Shown piece by piece: positions 26,492-39,720 of a stretch of DNA of 64,000 bases (position 1 is its first letter; each line of letters opens with the position of its first letter). The notes under the pieces are model-generated. The model saw only the letters and a program-made list of their open reading frames with translations. It had not been told where the DNA came from and searched no databases. Source of the DNA: Octopus vulgaris (taxonomy: Eukaryota); assembly GCA_951406725.2 (NCBI GenBank), contig OX597820.1:105462001-105526000 (forward strand), read 5' to 3'. The position numbers and the translations under genes were made by a program.

Positions 26492-26699
26492 TTAAGTTAT
26501 TGGACTGCAGTCATGCTGGGTCACTGCCTTGACATGTCAAGTCAAACAAAATTTATCCTAATATTTATTTTTTTTAAAAACCTAGTACTTATTCTTTGCC
26601 AAATCACTAAGTTATGGGGATGTAAACAAGCCAATACCAGTTGTCAAGTGGTGGTGGGGACAAACACAGACACAGAAATGCATGCATGCATACATACAT

Positions 26700-26783
<84 letters not shown>

Positions 26784-26787
<4 letters not shown>

Positions 26788-26956
26788 AGAATTCACAAAA
26801 AAACAAAAGACAAAGACAGGTGGTGTAGACAACAAACAGATGTATTAGTTTAACACTCAGGAAGTGAAAAAGTTTTTAACGTTTCAAGCTTATGTTCTTC
26901 CACAGAAAGAAACAGGGAGAGAAAATAAAGAATGTGTAGTGGCTAGCGATCTATCA
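26784..26956 (-). mobile_element. PLE-like short repeat with variant HHR (copies at ~49196-49330, partial ~34030-34082)
   Basis: Two-copy consensus TCTTT-CTGTGGA-A-GAGC ATAG GCTC-GAAACGTT-AAAGA; inserted in (TA)n. Confidence 0.6.
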
Positions 26957-28249
26957 TATATATATATACATGACAGGTTTGTTTCAGTTTCCGTCTACCA
27001 AATCCACTTACAAGGCTTTGGTCAGCTCAAGGCTATAACAGATGACAGTTGCCCAAGGTACCATGCAGTGGGACTGAACCTAGATCCCATGTGGTTGGGT
27101 AGCAAGCTTCTTACAACACAGCCAGACCTGTGCCTATTATATATATATTGTTTACATATATTGTTTAGTAACTGCTTGATTCATTTCAATGCAACTGCAA
27201 GTTTTGTAGTTTCATCAAACAAACCTAACTTATCAGGCACGTGGGACTGAATAAGGAGGGGCCCAAGATGGTTTCTGGGTATTGGGCTGCCATTGGTCAA
27301 CATATGTCACATGGTATTATTGATATTACAGCAACATCAGTTCCTTGTACAATATTTCCAGGGTTGCTTGCTACAACAGGATGTTGGTTTGGTGGCAGCA
27401 CTGTATCTGATAGTGGGACGGGGCTACCAAATCCACTCACAAGGTTTTGGTTGGCCAGGAGCTATAGTAGAAGACACTTGCCCACAGTGCCATACAATGA
27501 GACTGAACTTGGAACCATGTGGTTGGAAAGCAGACTTCTTACCACACAGCTGTACCTGAACAAGAATTTTGAAAATCCAACTAATTAAATTTCTTTCACT
27601 CTCCATACACAGAGATAATCAGATATGTCAATATCATCAATCTTTTTGTTTTTTAAGGCAGTGGGCTGGCAGAATTGTTAGCACGTTGGGCAAAATGTTT
27701 AATGACATTTCATCCATCTTTGCATGCTCAGTTCAAATCCTGCCCGGGTCGACTTTACCCTTCATCCTTTCAGGGTTGATAAAATAAGTACTAGTTGAGC
27801 AGTGGGGTTGATGTAATCAACTTGCCCCCACTCCCAAAATTGCTGGCCTTTTGCCAAAATTTGAAACCAATGTCATCAACCCATTTCTTTACTACCCACA
27901 AGGGGCTAAACACAGAGTGGACAAACAAACGGATTAAGTCGTGTAACTGGTACTTAATTTATCGACCCCGAAAGGATGAAAGGAAAAGTCGACCTCAAAT
28001 TTGAAACCAATGTCATCAACCCTTTAGTTATGTTTATTCTGATTATTTTTCTTAATTAGGCATTTAGTTATGTTTATTACATATTTTCACTAATGAGAAG
28101 AGGATGGATGAGTGAGCCTGGAGACTGAGTGGAGGTTTGTGAGACTAGTTACACACAATATAGGATAGATGAGTGAATCTAGAGTGGGTGAGTGGAGGTT
28201 TATGAGACTAGCTAGATGCAATATAGGTGATGAGAGGAGGATAGATGAG

Positions 28250-28680
28250 TGGGCCAGGAGTGGTTGAGTGGAGGTTCATGAGAGTAGCTGGGTCTGTTGG
28301 AGCAAGGACCACTGTAGTATCTGCTGAAGAGGAAGATAAAATAAATAATATAATCAGTAAGTTTGAGATTGGATTATTCAGAAGCTTCTTGTTAATTAGT
28401 CAGATGGACATTTTCATGGTATTGATGGTGGTGGCGGGGATGTGGTCTAGGATGTCTGGAGGCTTTGCAACAACAGTACTGTACCAAATGTAGGAGCAAT
28501 GCTCTATAGTGGGACTTATCTGAGCTTTGTAAAGGATAGATAGTTGTTAGGGGCTGAAGTCACTGAAGTTTTTCCTGGCTCTGAAGAGAAACACAGGTTT
28601 TTGTGATATGGCCCTTACTAAATTGAGAATGTATGCTCTTTAAGAGAAATTTTCAATGAGGGTGAGGCTTAGCATTTGTA
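28250..28680 (-). mobile_element. CR1/L2-type LINE RT C-terminal relic
   Basis: Minus-strand translation LSILYKAQISPTIEHCSYIW resembles LYKAQIRPxLEYCSxIW. Confidence 0.65.
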
Positions 28681-31600
28681 GTAAAGTTGAGAACTGATCA
28701 TATCCTTTTATGGGCAGAATATCACATCAATGGTCAATATTAAACTGTCCAAGGGCTTGGTTCTACTATGCAAAGTCATCAAGCTGACATTCTCACAAAA
28801 TATTTTGCATTGTAATTTACATTTGAAATTTGCAAAGAGGTGAAAGTACATAGATCATTAATACAGAGAATGAAAACGTTATGAGAGATAAAACAAAGCA
28901 CGAGATGCACTCAGAAAGATAAAAAGAAGGTTTGAAGACATCAGAATCAACATGAGTTTAAAATCTGTAAAACTATCTAAACCTCTTTTTATGACAAACT
29001 AGAATTCATCATCATCATCATCATCATCATCTTAATTTAACTTCTGGCTTCCATACTGACATGGATTGGATGATTTTACAGGACCTGATGAGTCAGAAAA
29101 CATCATCAGGCATCAATATCTACTTTGGATGATTTCTAGGGCTGGATGTCTTTCCTAATACCAACCACTTTACAGAGTGTACAGGTTGCTTTTTTCATGG
29201 CATCAGAACAAATGGTGCAACTTGCAAGGTTAAGGGCATAAAGTGGTCCCTATAATTGAGGGAGAATAAGAGAGAGAGAGTATGTAATGATTCTAGGTGA
29301 AGGGGTAAGGGATGGTATGCAAGAGGAGAGGAATATAGCAGGGAGAGGAAATGGATCAGTGACAAGGGTTATTGAGAAAAAGGGACAGAGCTGAAAGGTT
29401 TTAAGATGGATTGTGTAAGGGATTTGATCGTCATCTGATTAAACTTGATTTAATCTTGAATCCAAACCACCAGACAGGGTTGGGGCAGAGAACTCCTACC
29501 ATGAGTGTCCCCGTGCAGTGACTAAATGAACAGCTCTAGATACAGGGGTTAGTAGGGAGTGTGCAAATAAACCATAATGAAACAAATACTCTTTTGGCAA
29601 AGTATGCACTAATCCCTTGCCATATCGCGGTTTATTATTTAAGCTTACATCGATTCCTCCAAGGTGTTGTTTTGCATTTATAATAAAATAAATATATAGA
29701 AATTATAAAAATGATAATAAAAAAATATAAAGTACTGTTTCTACTTTGCAAATTTTCACCTAACATGGGGTGGGGGGACATAGCACTTGTAATAGTCAAG
29801 GGATATAGTACCCAAAAACTACCCAGCCTAGAGTTACAGGGAAGCAACAGATAGATATAGAGTCATCAACAGCAACATTCACACGATGCTAGATTGAGGA
29901 ACTTCTGTGAGGTCAAAGGTCAGGATCACCAAGTTCTTGAAATGCATTGCTATTAACATCCAAAGATCCAGCAACCATGGACATAATTAATAAATGAAAG
30001 GAAGCTTTTAAAATATATCATTTTTTAATGGTGGAATTTGAAACAGATAAAGCTATAAATAATAGCATGTAGAATATCGGATTAAAAATCCCTGTGGAGG
30101 CAAAATAGTTGAAGGTTATCTATATGATTTAAATTTACACTTTCTTTAAGCATAAAATGTCTGTCGTGTTTACAGATGTGAGTTTGAGACCCATGGGCAA
30201 TCTTAAACTTTTTGCCAATAGTGTTTTTTTGGTTCAATCCAATATTCTGCATACTATTATTCATAGCTTTATCTGCTTTGAGGTCCACCTTTAAAAATTA
30301 CTTTGTATCTCACAAAATTTCTAAATTCTTATTATGTAAACTATAATCTTAATATTTATACTGTCTTCTTTCTGGTCTCCTAAATGACATTAATACTCTA
30401 AGAAGGACAAGGATATTAAGCTGGCAAAACCACTAGCACATTGGGAAAAATGCTTGGCAGCATTTCATCTGTCTGTATGTTTTGAGTTCAAATTCCATCA
30501 AGGTTGATTTTGCTGTTTATCCTTTTGAGGTTGATAAAATTAGTACCAGTTAAACACTGGAATTGATGTAATTGACTTATCCCCTCCTCAGAATTGCTGG
30601 CCTTGCGCCAAAATTTGAAACCAATATTCTCACAAAGACAATGAGAATATTTATACAATAACAACATTTCCTAATTTGCAGTTTTCTATGCAAGTTATGT
30701 AACAGAACAACAGCTGGGCAATTAGTTAATTGTTTAGCATTATCAAATTTATATCTGAAACAAAGGTTATACAAAAAGTTTGCACAAATACATTTATTTA
30801 GTAAGGCTGGAGAACTAAGGTGATTGGTTTAAACAATATCAAAGAGCAGGGAGAGAGAGAGAGAGAGTGTGTGTGTGTGGAGGGGTGGGAGAGAGTGGAG
30901 GGATGGTTTAAATTATATAACCTAGTAATAGAATACTACACATAGATTAACTAAAGTTGACTACACAGCAAAATTGAAATACAGAGACTAATGTATGTAA
31001 GGCTCAGTTTTATAAGGCTTAAAATATTTTGAAAAATTTAAAAAAACAATGTAAATTAGATATAACAGTCATCATTTTAATGTCCACTTTTCAATGTTTG
31101 CATGGATCAGACAGATTTATTGAGGCAAATTTTTCTACAGCTGGATGAGCAATCATCCTGTCACCAACCTTTACCTGTTTCCATGTAAGGTAATATTTCC
31201 CCATGGCCAGACATGTTTTCATAAAATATTAGAAATGAATGACATTGGTTGTGACATTAATTTTACTATTATTACATAATGTGAAGACAAGCAGACACAT
31301 ACACATGCACCCAGTACACTGTAAAGTGGTTGGTGTTAGGAAGGGCATCCAGCTGTAGAAACCATGCCAAAGCAGACACTGAATTCATTTAACTGTCCAA
31401 TCCATGCCAGCATGGAAAAGCGACATATGATGATGATGATGACATATATATATGTTAGACTTCTTTCAGCTTCTGTCTACACAACTCGGTCACAAGGCTT
31501 TGGTTGGGCTGAGGTTATGGTAAAAAAACACTTGCCCAAGATGTCATTGCTATGCAGTGGGATTGAACCTGAAACTATGTGATTGAGAACCAAACTTCTT

Positions 31601-31799
31601 CATCACATGGCCAATTCCTTTAATGCTTATTTTCTTTTATCAATACATTTAGGTTCAACTATTCTTACTCAGTAATATTCCACATCAAATGGACTAAATT
31701 CAAGATCATTTCTACAATGTTTGCAAACATAGAGGCCAGTAGGAAAACAGTAATATACACTATAAAATTAAAGCAGATTTAGATTAGTTGATGGCTTAC

Positions 31800-31963
31800 C
31801 TATATTAAATATTTGCGAGTTCATTAAATGAAAACTCAATCCAAAAACAAAGGCATATGGTCGGGTTGTATCAAAGAATAGAAAAAATCCAATGGTGAGA
31901 TCAAGGAAAAAGCCAAAATAATGTACAATAAATAAATCTATTTGGTCAGGTGTCAAAAATAAT
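31800..31963 (-). CDS. GGCX: GGCX coding exon 6 (LFLTPDQIDLFIVHYFGFFLDLTIGFFLFFDTTRPYAFVFGLSFHLMNSQIFNIG)
   Basis: FH.MNSQ.F.IG motif; ccAG/GTAAG; 164 nt. Confidence 0.97.
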
Positions 31964-31981
31964 CTGGAAAATATAAAAAAG

Positions 31982-32014
<33 letters not shown>

Positions 32015-32259
32015 CAATAAGAACAACGATGATTGTGGGGTGGGTGGGGGGTTCACTCCTGTCAATTTGAATTTATGAGTGTTTGAAGGAAAGGATTAAA
32101 AGAAAAATATGGATTTTGCTATGAAGTTACAATGGGGACAATGTTAACTTTGATTTTGCCTAAGATTGGACAATTGGTCAGTTGATTATAGGATAAAGTT
32201 CTTGTAAGTTCTTGATTCTTCAACTCAAATTATTTAGATGCATCATGACACATTTTATG

Positions 32260-32680
32260 CCACTCAGATCGATCAAGCCAATAATTTTCCCAAGATGTCA
32301 CATTTAGCTACAGGAATTTCTGTGATTGTTTCAGCTTATCTTTATACTTTGGCAGGGGTCTTTTTTTTTACTGTAGAATCCCTCTAGTTGATGGCCTTAC
32401 AAGAGAATTTTTGGAATGCAATCACCTTGTATTTGAACACATCCTGCCCATCAACACTGAATTCTCAACAGCATACTTTTGACACTGGAGATATCACGTT
32501 TCTAAAAGTTTGACATTTGACATCTTATTTTGCCATGTTATGTTGCAGATATTGCACAGACAGTGCATGTGAAAAGTTTCAAGTTCCTTTTTACATCTGA
32601 TGTAGGGAGTCCATACTTTTTCCCCATACAAAAGTGTGCTCAAAATATAAGATTTGCATACACTTGTTTTAGTTTCCAAA
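32260..32680 (-). mobile_element. RTE-type LINE relic (second subfamily)
   Basis: SYILSTLLYGEKVWTPY...LETFHMHCLCNICNITWQNKMSNVKLL, a typical RTE post-RT region. Confidence 0.75.
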
Positions 32681-34152
32681 CTAACACAATTCTACATCCC
32701 TAAAAGACAATACTGTGCCCGTCTCACAGACCTGGAAGTACACCTGGAAATGTAGGAGATCCCATTGTCAGTCAGGACAGACATAATCCTGATGAATATA
32801 ACCAAGTAATTGTCATTTAGAACATGTTTATATCACCTTCTGTCTATTTTTACCTCAAAATGTTAGCACACTGCTTACATGAGCTTTTGATTCAATTATA
32901 TTTGTGAATATACTTGGAATTGGTAAGGACTGGGTACTAGAGATGGCATGGTCAACTGCCTCATTGAATTGTTTCAAAATCTGTACTTAATGTTAGCATC
33001 TTTTATTAGTGATATTCCACTGGATTGAGTCCATATGTTTGTTTCTTGAACTGCCAAGAATCATTTCACTTAAGTTTGTAGTCAATAAAGTTAACGACCA
33101 GTTGATGAATGCCACCAAGCAAGAGATTTGACATTTGACACTTTTTATCTAACACATACTAATGATAAACACATTGTGTCAACAAAACTTTACCCTTAAA
33201 GTAAGAGATTTTATTTTTTTTCATTTTCTCATTTGATTAACATATTTTAAATATGTTATATATATGTAACAACTGTTTATATATATGTAACAACTGATTA
33301 AAATATCTTCTTAATCTAAGAAGTCAACACAATTTAAATTAATCTGATATATAGGAATTTCAAGACGTAATAATTACTCCAACATATGTTAGATGAGATG
33401 AAATTATAGCTTGCTAATTACTAGCTTAAAGTCTAATGTACTATGTTTTAAAACTAATTAACCTTATTGTTATATTTCTGTTGAAATACACTGCCTTCAC
33501 TTCAAATAATTTTGAAAATAATGAAGAATTTAGTGAAAATACTTTGTCGTTGTTGTGCTGATGCTTTGAACATAATATTAATGGAAGATTCTACTGTAGA
33601 TCACTTTAAAACAGACAGTCAGAATCACAGAATCAGGGAATGATTTAAGCAAGTCAGTTTCAAACCACTTTTAATCTTGCTCTAGATCCTTCTAAGAAGC
33701 TTAATATTATATTTACTTGTAAGGCAGCAAAGGTAGCAGAATCATTAGATGCCAGGCAAAATGCTTAGCGGCATTTAGTCCATCTTCATGTTCTGAGTTC
33801 ACATTCCACTAAGGTAGACTTTGCTTTTCATTCTTTCAGGGTCAATAAAATAAGTATTAGTAACACCATTGGGGTTGATGTACAAAACAAATCTTCCTTG
33901 CATCCAATATGTGCATACCATCAATGGGAGGTTGACCAGAGATTAAAAATAAACACTTTTGAAAAATTTAGTTTGTATTACCACTAGATACAGTAATCTA
34001 TACTACAATAATGATATATATATATACACACCCGATTGTTGTTCATACACCTGTCTTTGACTTTTGTTTTTCTATAAATTTCAACTATATATTTATATAT
34101 GAGAGGTTGTTGTTGAGAGACAAATACAGCAAGAGAGAGAGAGAGAGAGAGA

Positions 34153-34186
<34 letters not shown>

Positions 34187-34867
34187 TATACATAGATGTC
34201 ACTATACTAAGTAGCAAGCTTTGACTGAAAGCAGGAATAAGAGATACAAGATCTTACAGTGTACTTGTTTCTAAAATAATCAAGTGATGTGGTGTGTGGC
34301 TATTCTAATCAGAGGAAGCTTCAGCTGCGAAGGGGCATCAAGTAAACTGGCAAATACGGTATATTATTATTAATGATTTAACCTTAAAAAGTGTGAAAAA
34401 TATATATTTCTATGAAAGAAATCATAAAAAATCATGGGCCATATTTATAATTCCACAAATATGCGGTAGTTTCAACAGACAATTATTCGTTCTGCGAATA
34501 ACCAGGACTGTGAATGCCAAACCATGAATAAACAGGGATTCAGTGTATATCTTTCATTATTAAGCTGGTGTTTGGATCATATATTAACATGAAATTTTGA
34601 CTGAAGATTATAAATTAGATCACACTTTAAAACTAGAAGATTGTATCATAAAACAAAGGACAGTGTCAGGTAGTTTTGTATGAAATGGGTTAAGCAGGTG
34701 TTTGGTACATAAACCAACATGAGATTTTTATGGACGGTTTTAACTGAGATAATTTTAAAATAGGAAATTAGAATTACAGAATCAAGTGCTGTTTCAGGCA
34801 GGTTGCAGTCAAATGGGCTAAACAATGTGTAAGTGTTGAGAAAAAAGAAAAGGAAAACTAAACTTAC

Positions 34868-34974
34868 GTGAAAGGCATGAACACCCAGTGTTCACTTAGT
34901 GACTTCATTGAATAACCCCCAAGCCATTCTGGGGTCATTTTCTTGATTCCAGCAAAAAAATACACCAGAAAGTT
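34868..34974 (-). CDS. GGCX: GGCX coding exon 5 (NFLVYFFAGIKKMTPEWLGGYSMKSLSEHWVFMPFT), contains catalytic KK
   Basis: VYF.AG.KK motif (human K217/K218 equivalent); AAG acceptor, GTAAG donor; 107 nt. Confidence 0.97.
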
Positions 34975-35772
34975 CTTGTAACAAAAAGTGACAAAAAGGG
35001 ACAACCTTAGAATTATGGTTTAACAATAACATATTGAAAAAATTCATGTCGTAATATCCTAAAACTCGTAACACACATTTACAACAGGTAACTTTTTACC
35101 CCAAGAAGACTCAGTACTAACTGAAGAGATAGGAAGCAAAGCTTTGTAAAAGAAAATACAGGGAATATTAGACTCATATTATTTCATTTGTCCCAAAGTT
35201 ATCAAATGGTAGATCAACCTTGATAAATGCAGGAATCAGAGCAAAACATTAAAAAATCTTTATCCTGGTACTTGACCATTCCTGCTAACTTGTTGCTTAT
35301 TTTTTTAACCAATGAGGGAGACTTTATGTGGGTACATGATCTGCTAGATACCTGGCACCTTGCTGTCCTCCACAACAAAAGTGTTAAAGCCGCTCCCCCT
35401 GGTGAAGAGGATTGGCTTGCAAGAGTCCTGTGCTGGTACCATAAAAAAAGCTCCTGTGCCAGTGCTATGTGGTAGTGCTTGTGCCAGAGCCACATTAAAA
35501 GTATCCAGCACACACTGTAAAGCGGTTGGCATTAGAAAGGGCATCCAGCTTTAGAAACAAAGCCAAATCAGACTGGAATCTGGTCAAACTGTCCAACCCA
35601 TACCAGCATGGAAAACAGATGTTAAAGGATGATGATGAAGATGATAAAGTGAAAAAGAACCAGTGAATGTATTTATTATTGGCATGATGACTCTCCCAGG
35701 ATACCCAAGTCAACAAAATCTGTTCCAACACATGATTTCATATCAAGAATCTTATAAGCCAAATATAAAAAT

Positions 35773-35955
35773 TAAATAAGGACAATTATTCAGTTCTATA
35801 TTTAAGAGATGAGGAATAATGTACACTATTTACATTTGGGTATTTGTCCTCATCTCGTGTGTTGTTAACACAATGTTTCCAGCCTTCATCAGGTATCTTG
35901 GGGAAATTTTCGAACCTTGGTTCTCATTCCTAAGGTATTTTTCAACATTATCATC

Positions 35956-35988
<33 letters not shown>

Positions 35989-36252
35989 CAGGTCACTGCT
36001 TGGAACTGAACTCGGAATCTTAAGGTTAGTAGCCCGTGCTCTTAACCACTACGCCATATGCCAATGACCTGAATAATAATAACAACAACAATGACAACAA
36101 TATAAAAAAAATACCTTAGGAATGAGAACCCATGTTCAAAAATTTCCCCAAGACACCTGATGAAGGCTGGAGGGTATATCAGCCGAAACATTGTGTTAAC
36201 AACAAACAAGATGGGGACAAATGTCCATCAAATGTAAATAAGGACAATTATT
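35773..36252. mobile_element. tRNA-headed, HHR-bearing fold-back element with 18-bp TSD
   Basis: TSD taaataaggacaattatt at 35773-35790 and 36235-36252. Minus-strand full copy is tRNA-like head (36062-35991), (AAT)n, HHR region, tail. Plus-strand inverted partial copy has GACAC-CTGATGA-A-GGCTG..CAGCC-GAAACATT-GTGTT. Confidence 0.85.
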
Positions 36253-36644
36253 ATTTTTTATTGAGGAGAAGTATAGTTGATAGTATCAGCTTTAATTTAT
36301 TAAGGTATTATTTTTTATAATCTCTGTATCAATGCATGCTCGTCTGCTAGGGGATGCACTGGATGGCACTGCCCCCTCACTATTTAGTGATGCACCCTCA
36401 GATTTAGAAAATACAGTTTACAAAAATTTTCCTGCAATACAAATTAGTACCCACCCAGAATATTCTGAAACAGCCCCAGGCACCAAAGACTGGCAACAGG
36501 TCTGTGTCATTGTAAATCAAAGTTGACTTTAGCAGGACTTGAGCAAAAAACAGGTATATTATAAATATTATAATAATTTAAATTTAAGGCTACAGAATTT
36601 GATATCTCAACAGTTCTTCAAATATTGGTAAGAAATAGGAATAC

Positions 36645-36723
36645 CTGAAATCTCAATACTGTATAATTCCATAATGGCACGTGAGTATTTCTGATCTTGG
36701 GATTCAAAAAGCCATCAACAGAC
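36645..36723 (-). CDS. GGCX: GGCX coding exon 4 ([27 protein letters not shown])
   Basis: SVDG...HVPLWNY.VLR.Q motif; AAG acceptor, GTATTC donor; 79 nt. Confidence 0.97.
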
Positions 36724-36844
36724 CTTCAAGAAAATGAAGAAATAGCAAATATATAAATAAAACTTATATTTAAATATATATATATTTATTCTAGTTTCAA
36801 TATTATCACATTTACAAAGTACAAATTCAAACATGAACATGTTT

Positions 36845-36890
<46 letters not shown>

Positions 36891-36896
<6 letters not shown>

Positions 36897-37008
36897 ATCA
36901 CGTGACCGACCAGGCTATCAGATGTTGCTACACATCGCTGGTCACAATGCGCTTCACATTGTTTTAGCCTTCAAATGACGCCACCCCACTGGCTAAGCGA
37001 GCAGGCCA

Positions 37009-37009
<1 letters not shown>
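36891..37009. repeat. GC-richer interspersed-repeat fragment inserted in (TA)n
   Basis: Sharp compositional boundaries inside a TA microsatellite; family not assigned. Confidence 0.5.
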
Positions 37010-37039
<30 letters not shown>

Positions 37040-37146
37040 TAAATAATTATATATTTGAGGAGAGACATTATAGGTATAAGAATATACCATAAACAAGTAC
37101 AAAAAAAAATGGAGAGAAGATGTTGAAACAGAAATAGATTTATTAT

Positions 37147-37475
37147 ATTGGGTTGTCCAAAAAGTTTGTGCTGACTTTTAAAGGAAAGAAAAAGGTTAAT
37201 AAATACTTGCCATTACATTTTTAATCAAACAAATATGAACCATTTTGTTGCACAATGCGTCTCCATCTTTCCTTTAACTTGAAAATACCCTCTTCCTAGA
37301 ATTGAAATTTTTACCATTAAGACTATTCTGCAGAGACCTGAATATGTGGAGGAGCAATATCTGGTGAATATGGAGGGTGGGGTAAGACACCCCAGCTGAG
37401 CTGCAACAATTTTTGTCTGGTTCCCAAAGCATCAAGTACCGAAAATGAACTTTCTTATCTTCCATTTTAAAGGGT
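37147..37475 (-). mobile_element. Mariner relic (TIR plus transposase fragments)
   Basis: tattgggttgtccaaaaagtt TIR-like end; peptides HFRYLMLWE and HIFRSLQNSLNG. Confidence 0.7.
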
Positions 37476-37534
37476 TACAGAATTAACACAGGTTATAGGA
37501 ACATAAACATATATATATATATATATGTTTATGA

Positions 37535-37735
37535 ATTTGTGTTGCAAGACTCCTGATGTGAAATTGTGTGTTGAAACAGATATTGTCATATTTTGGGATG
37601 GTCTTTTTTTTTGCGCCAAATAAACACATGCACTATATATTTTTTCTTTACTCGTTTATTTCTGTTCTTGTCCTTTGTCTGGAAATCTTTCGTCACACAT
37701 CTGTAACCTCTTCATCAACACTTTTCTTTTTTTTT
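37535..37735 (-). mobile_element. Solo, diverged copy of the 21721-22350 HHR family
   Basis: Shares aaacacatgcactatatat; minus strand reads TGAAGA-GGTTACA GATG TGTGAC-GAAAG. Confidence 0.7.
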
Positions 37736-37739
37736 TCTT

Positions 37740-38456
37740 TGTGTATGCTCTTGGTGTTATGGTCATGTGATGCATATGGATGAGGACAGCTGTATGAAGA
37801 AGTGTCACTTCCTAACAGTGTAGGTAACCTGTGGAAGAGGTAGACCCAGGAAGACATGGGATGAGGTGGCGAAGCACGACCTTTGAATGTTGACTCTCAC
37901 AGAGGCAATGACAAGCAGCCGAAACCTTTGGAGAAATACCGTACTTAAGAAGAACTGGCAAGCCAAGTGAGATCATAGTCGTGGCCAATGCCAATGCTGC
38001 ATAACTGGCCAGTTTAAAAGCACCCTTCAATCATTGGACAACATGCCGTGCTTGAAATTGTAGTTGTGGCTGACGTCAGTGCTGCCTGACTGGCACCTGT
38101 GCTGGTGGAATGTAGAAAGCTGCATTCAAGTGTGGCCAATGCTAGTGCCACCTGATTGGCACCCATGCTGGTGACATGTAAAAAGCACCATTCGATTGTG
38201 GCTAATGCTAGAGCTGCCTGACTGGCATGTAAAATACACCTTTCAAGCATGGTTGATACCAGTGCCACCTGACTAGCTCCCATGCCAGTGGCACGTAAAA
38301 GCACCCACTACACTCTCAGTGTAGTTGGCATTAGGAAAGGCATCTAGCTGTAGAAACCTTTCCAAATTAGATTGGAGCCTGGTGCAGCCTCCTGGCTTGC
38401 CAGTTTTCAACCAAACCATCCAACCCATGCCAGCATGGAAAGCGAATATAAAACGG

Positions 38457-38489
<33 letters not shown>
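37740..38489 (+). mobile_element. 3' end of RTE LINE
   Basis: Colinear with 2580-3360; (GAT)n tail. Confidence 0.85.
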
Positions 38490-38490
<1 letters not shown>

Positions 38491-39464
38491 AAAGGTGCAG
38501 GCATGGCTGTATGATCAAGAAGTTTTCACTGGAAGCACATAGGGAATCAGTTCCTATGTGTAGATGCTGTCGGTTGGTGTTCTGTACTGTAGCTGAAGGT
38601 TGACCAACACCTTGTGAGTGAAATTGGTAGACAAAAACTGAAGAAGCCTGCTCTGTGTGTGTGTGTGTGTGTATGAAAACATGTGTGCATGCCTGTTTGT
38701 ACGTGTGTGTTTACTGGGTGTAAACAAAAGGCCCATTTAAACAGCACTGTTCCTTTCCATTATCTTCATCATCATCGTTTAACGTCCACCTTCCATGCTA
38801 GCACGGGTGGGACATCTCTCTGCATAACTAAGTCTGTTCTGTTAGTTGTTCAATACACTGGAGATTATTACCTAGCTTGGAAACAAGTGAGGGTTAACAT
38901 CAAGAAAGACATTATGTTGTGGAAAACTATGCCTCAACATTTATATATTTTCACTGCTTTTGCAGATTTCTCTGTTGCCATCCAATTTCATTATTATGAA
39001 CTTGAACCTGAAGCTTGCATCTTAGTGAATCTTTCATTGGCAGATTACACAACCATAGATGCCACTGCTAAGAGTGTGTTGCAGTTACTCTTTTGATAGA
39101 GCTTGGTGATCCTGACTGTTGATCTGCTAGGATTCCTCTACTCAGCATCAATGAAAGAAGTACTATTGACTTAGTTGAGCTCTTCTGCTACATCTTCACA
39201 ATCCACTATGCTGCAGTCCTACGATTTTGCCATATCCCTGGCAAGGTGCCAAAGGGCAGCCTGTAATTATGCAGAATATGCTTGTCACTTCATGAGGTAT
39301 TTTCAAAATACCTGCATAACTGCATACTTTCATCTAACCCTGATGAACATGTAAATTTAGACATTAAAATGATGATGATAAAGATAACAATGTGCATGTA
39401 TGCACGCGTGCACATACACACACACACACACAGAGTTGGTTGTCAGGGTGTTGTTCAGACTTAC

Positions 39465-39630
39465 CAGTAATGGTTAGCATCACTAACCATAAACATAATT
39501 GCATGGAGCCCGTAGAGGTAAGAATGATTATTCCATTTGGTTTTGTCCAAAAAAAAGAGATACCAATAGATTGTAGCAAAAAGGATTGAGCTTAAACGAA
39601 AACAGAAACCAATCATCAGGAAAAGTGCAC
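39465..39630 (-). CDS. GGCX: GGCX coding exon 3 (SALFLMIGF...[21 protein letters not shown]...DANHYW)
   Basis: Hallmark [13 protein letters not shown] motif; ccAG/GTAAG boundaries; 166 nt. Confidence 0.98.
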
Positions 39631-39720
39631 CTGGAAAAACAAAAACGAGATGCATTTTTATCAGGTTAGATGTGATGAAACAAAATATACAAACAGATGT
39701 ATTTACAGGACAATTTTTGT

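Noticed and set aside
35991-36062. Genuine tRNA gene (also 13545-13621 and other SINE heads)
   Set aside because: A/B boxes are present but the acceptor stem is not closed, and the sequence runs on into a repeat body, so these are tRNA-derived heads.
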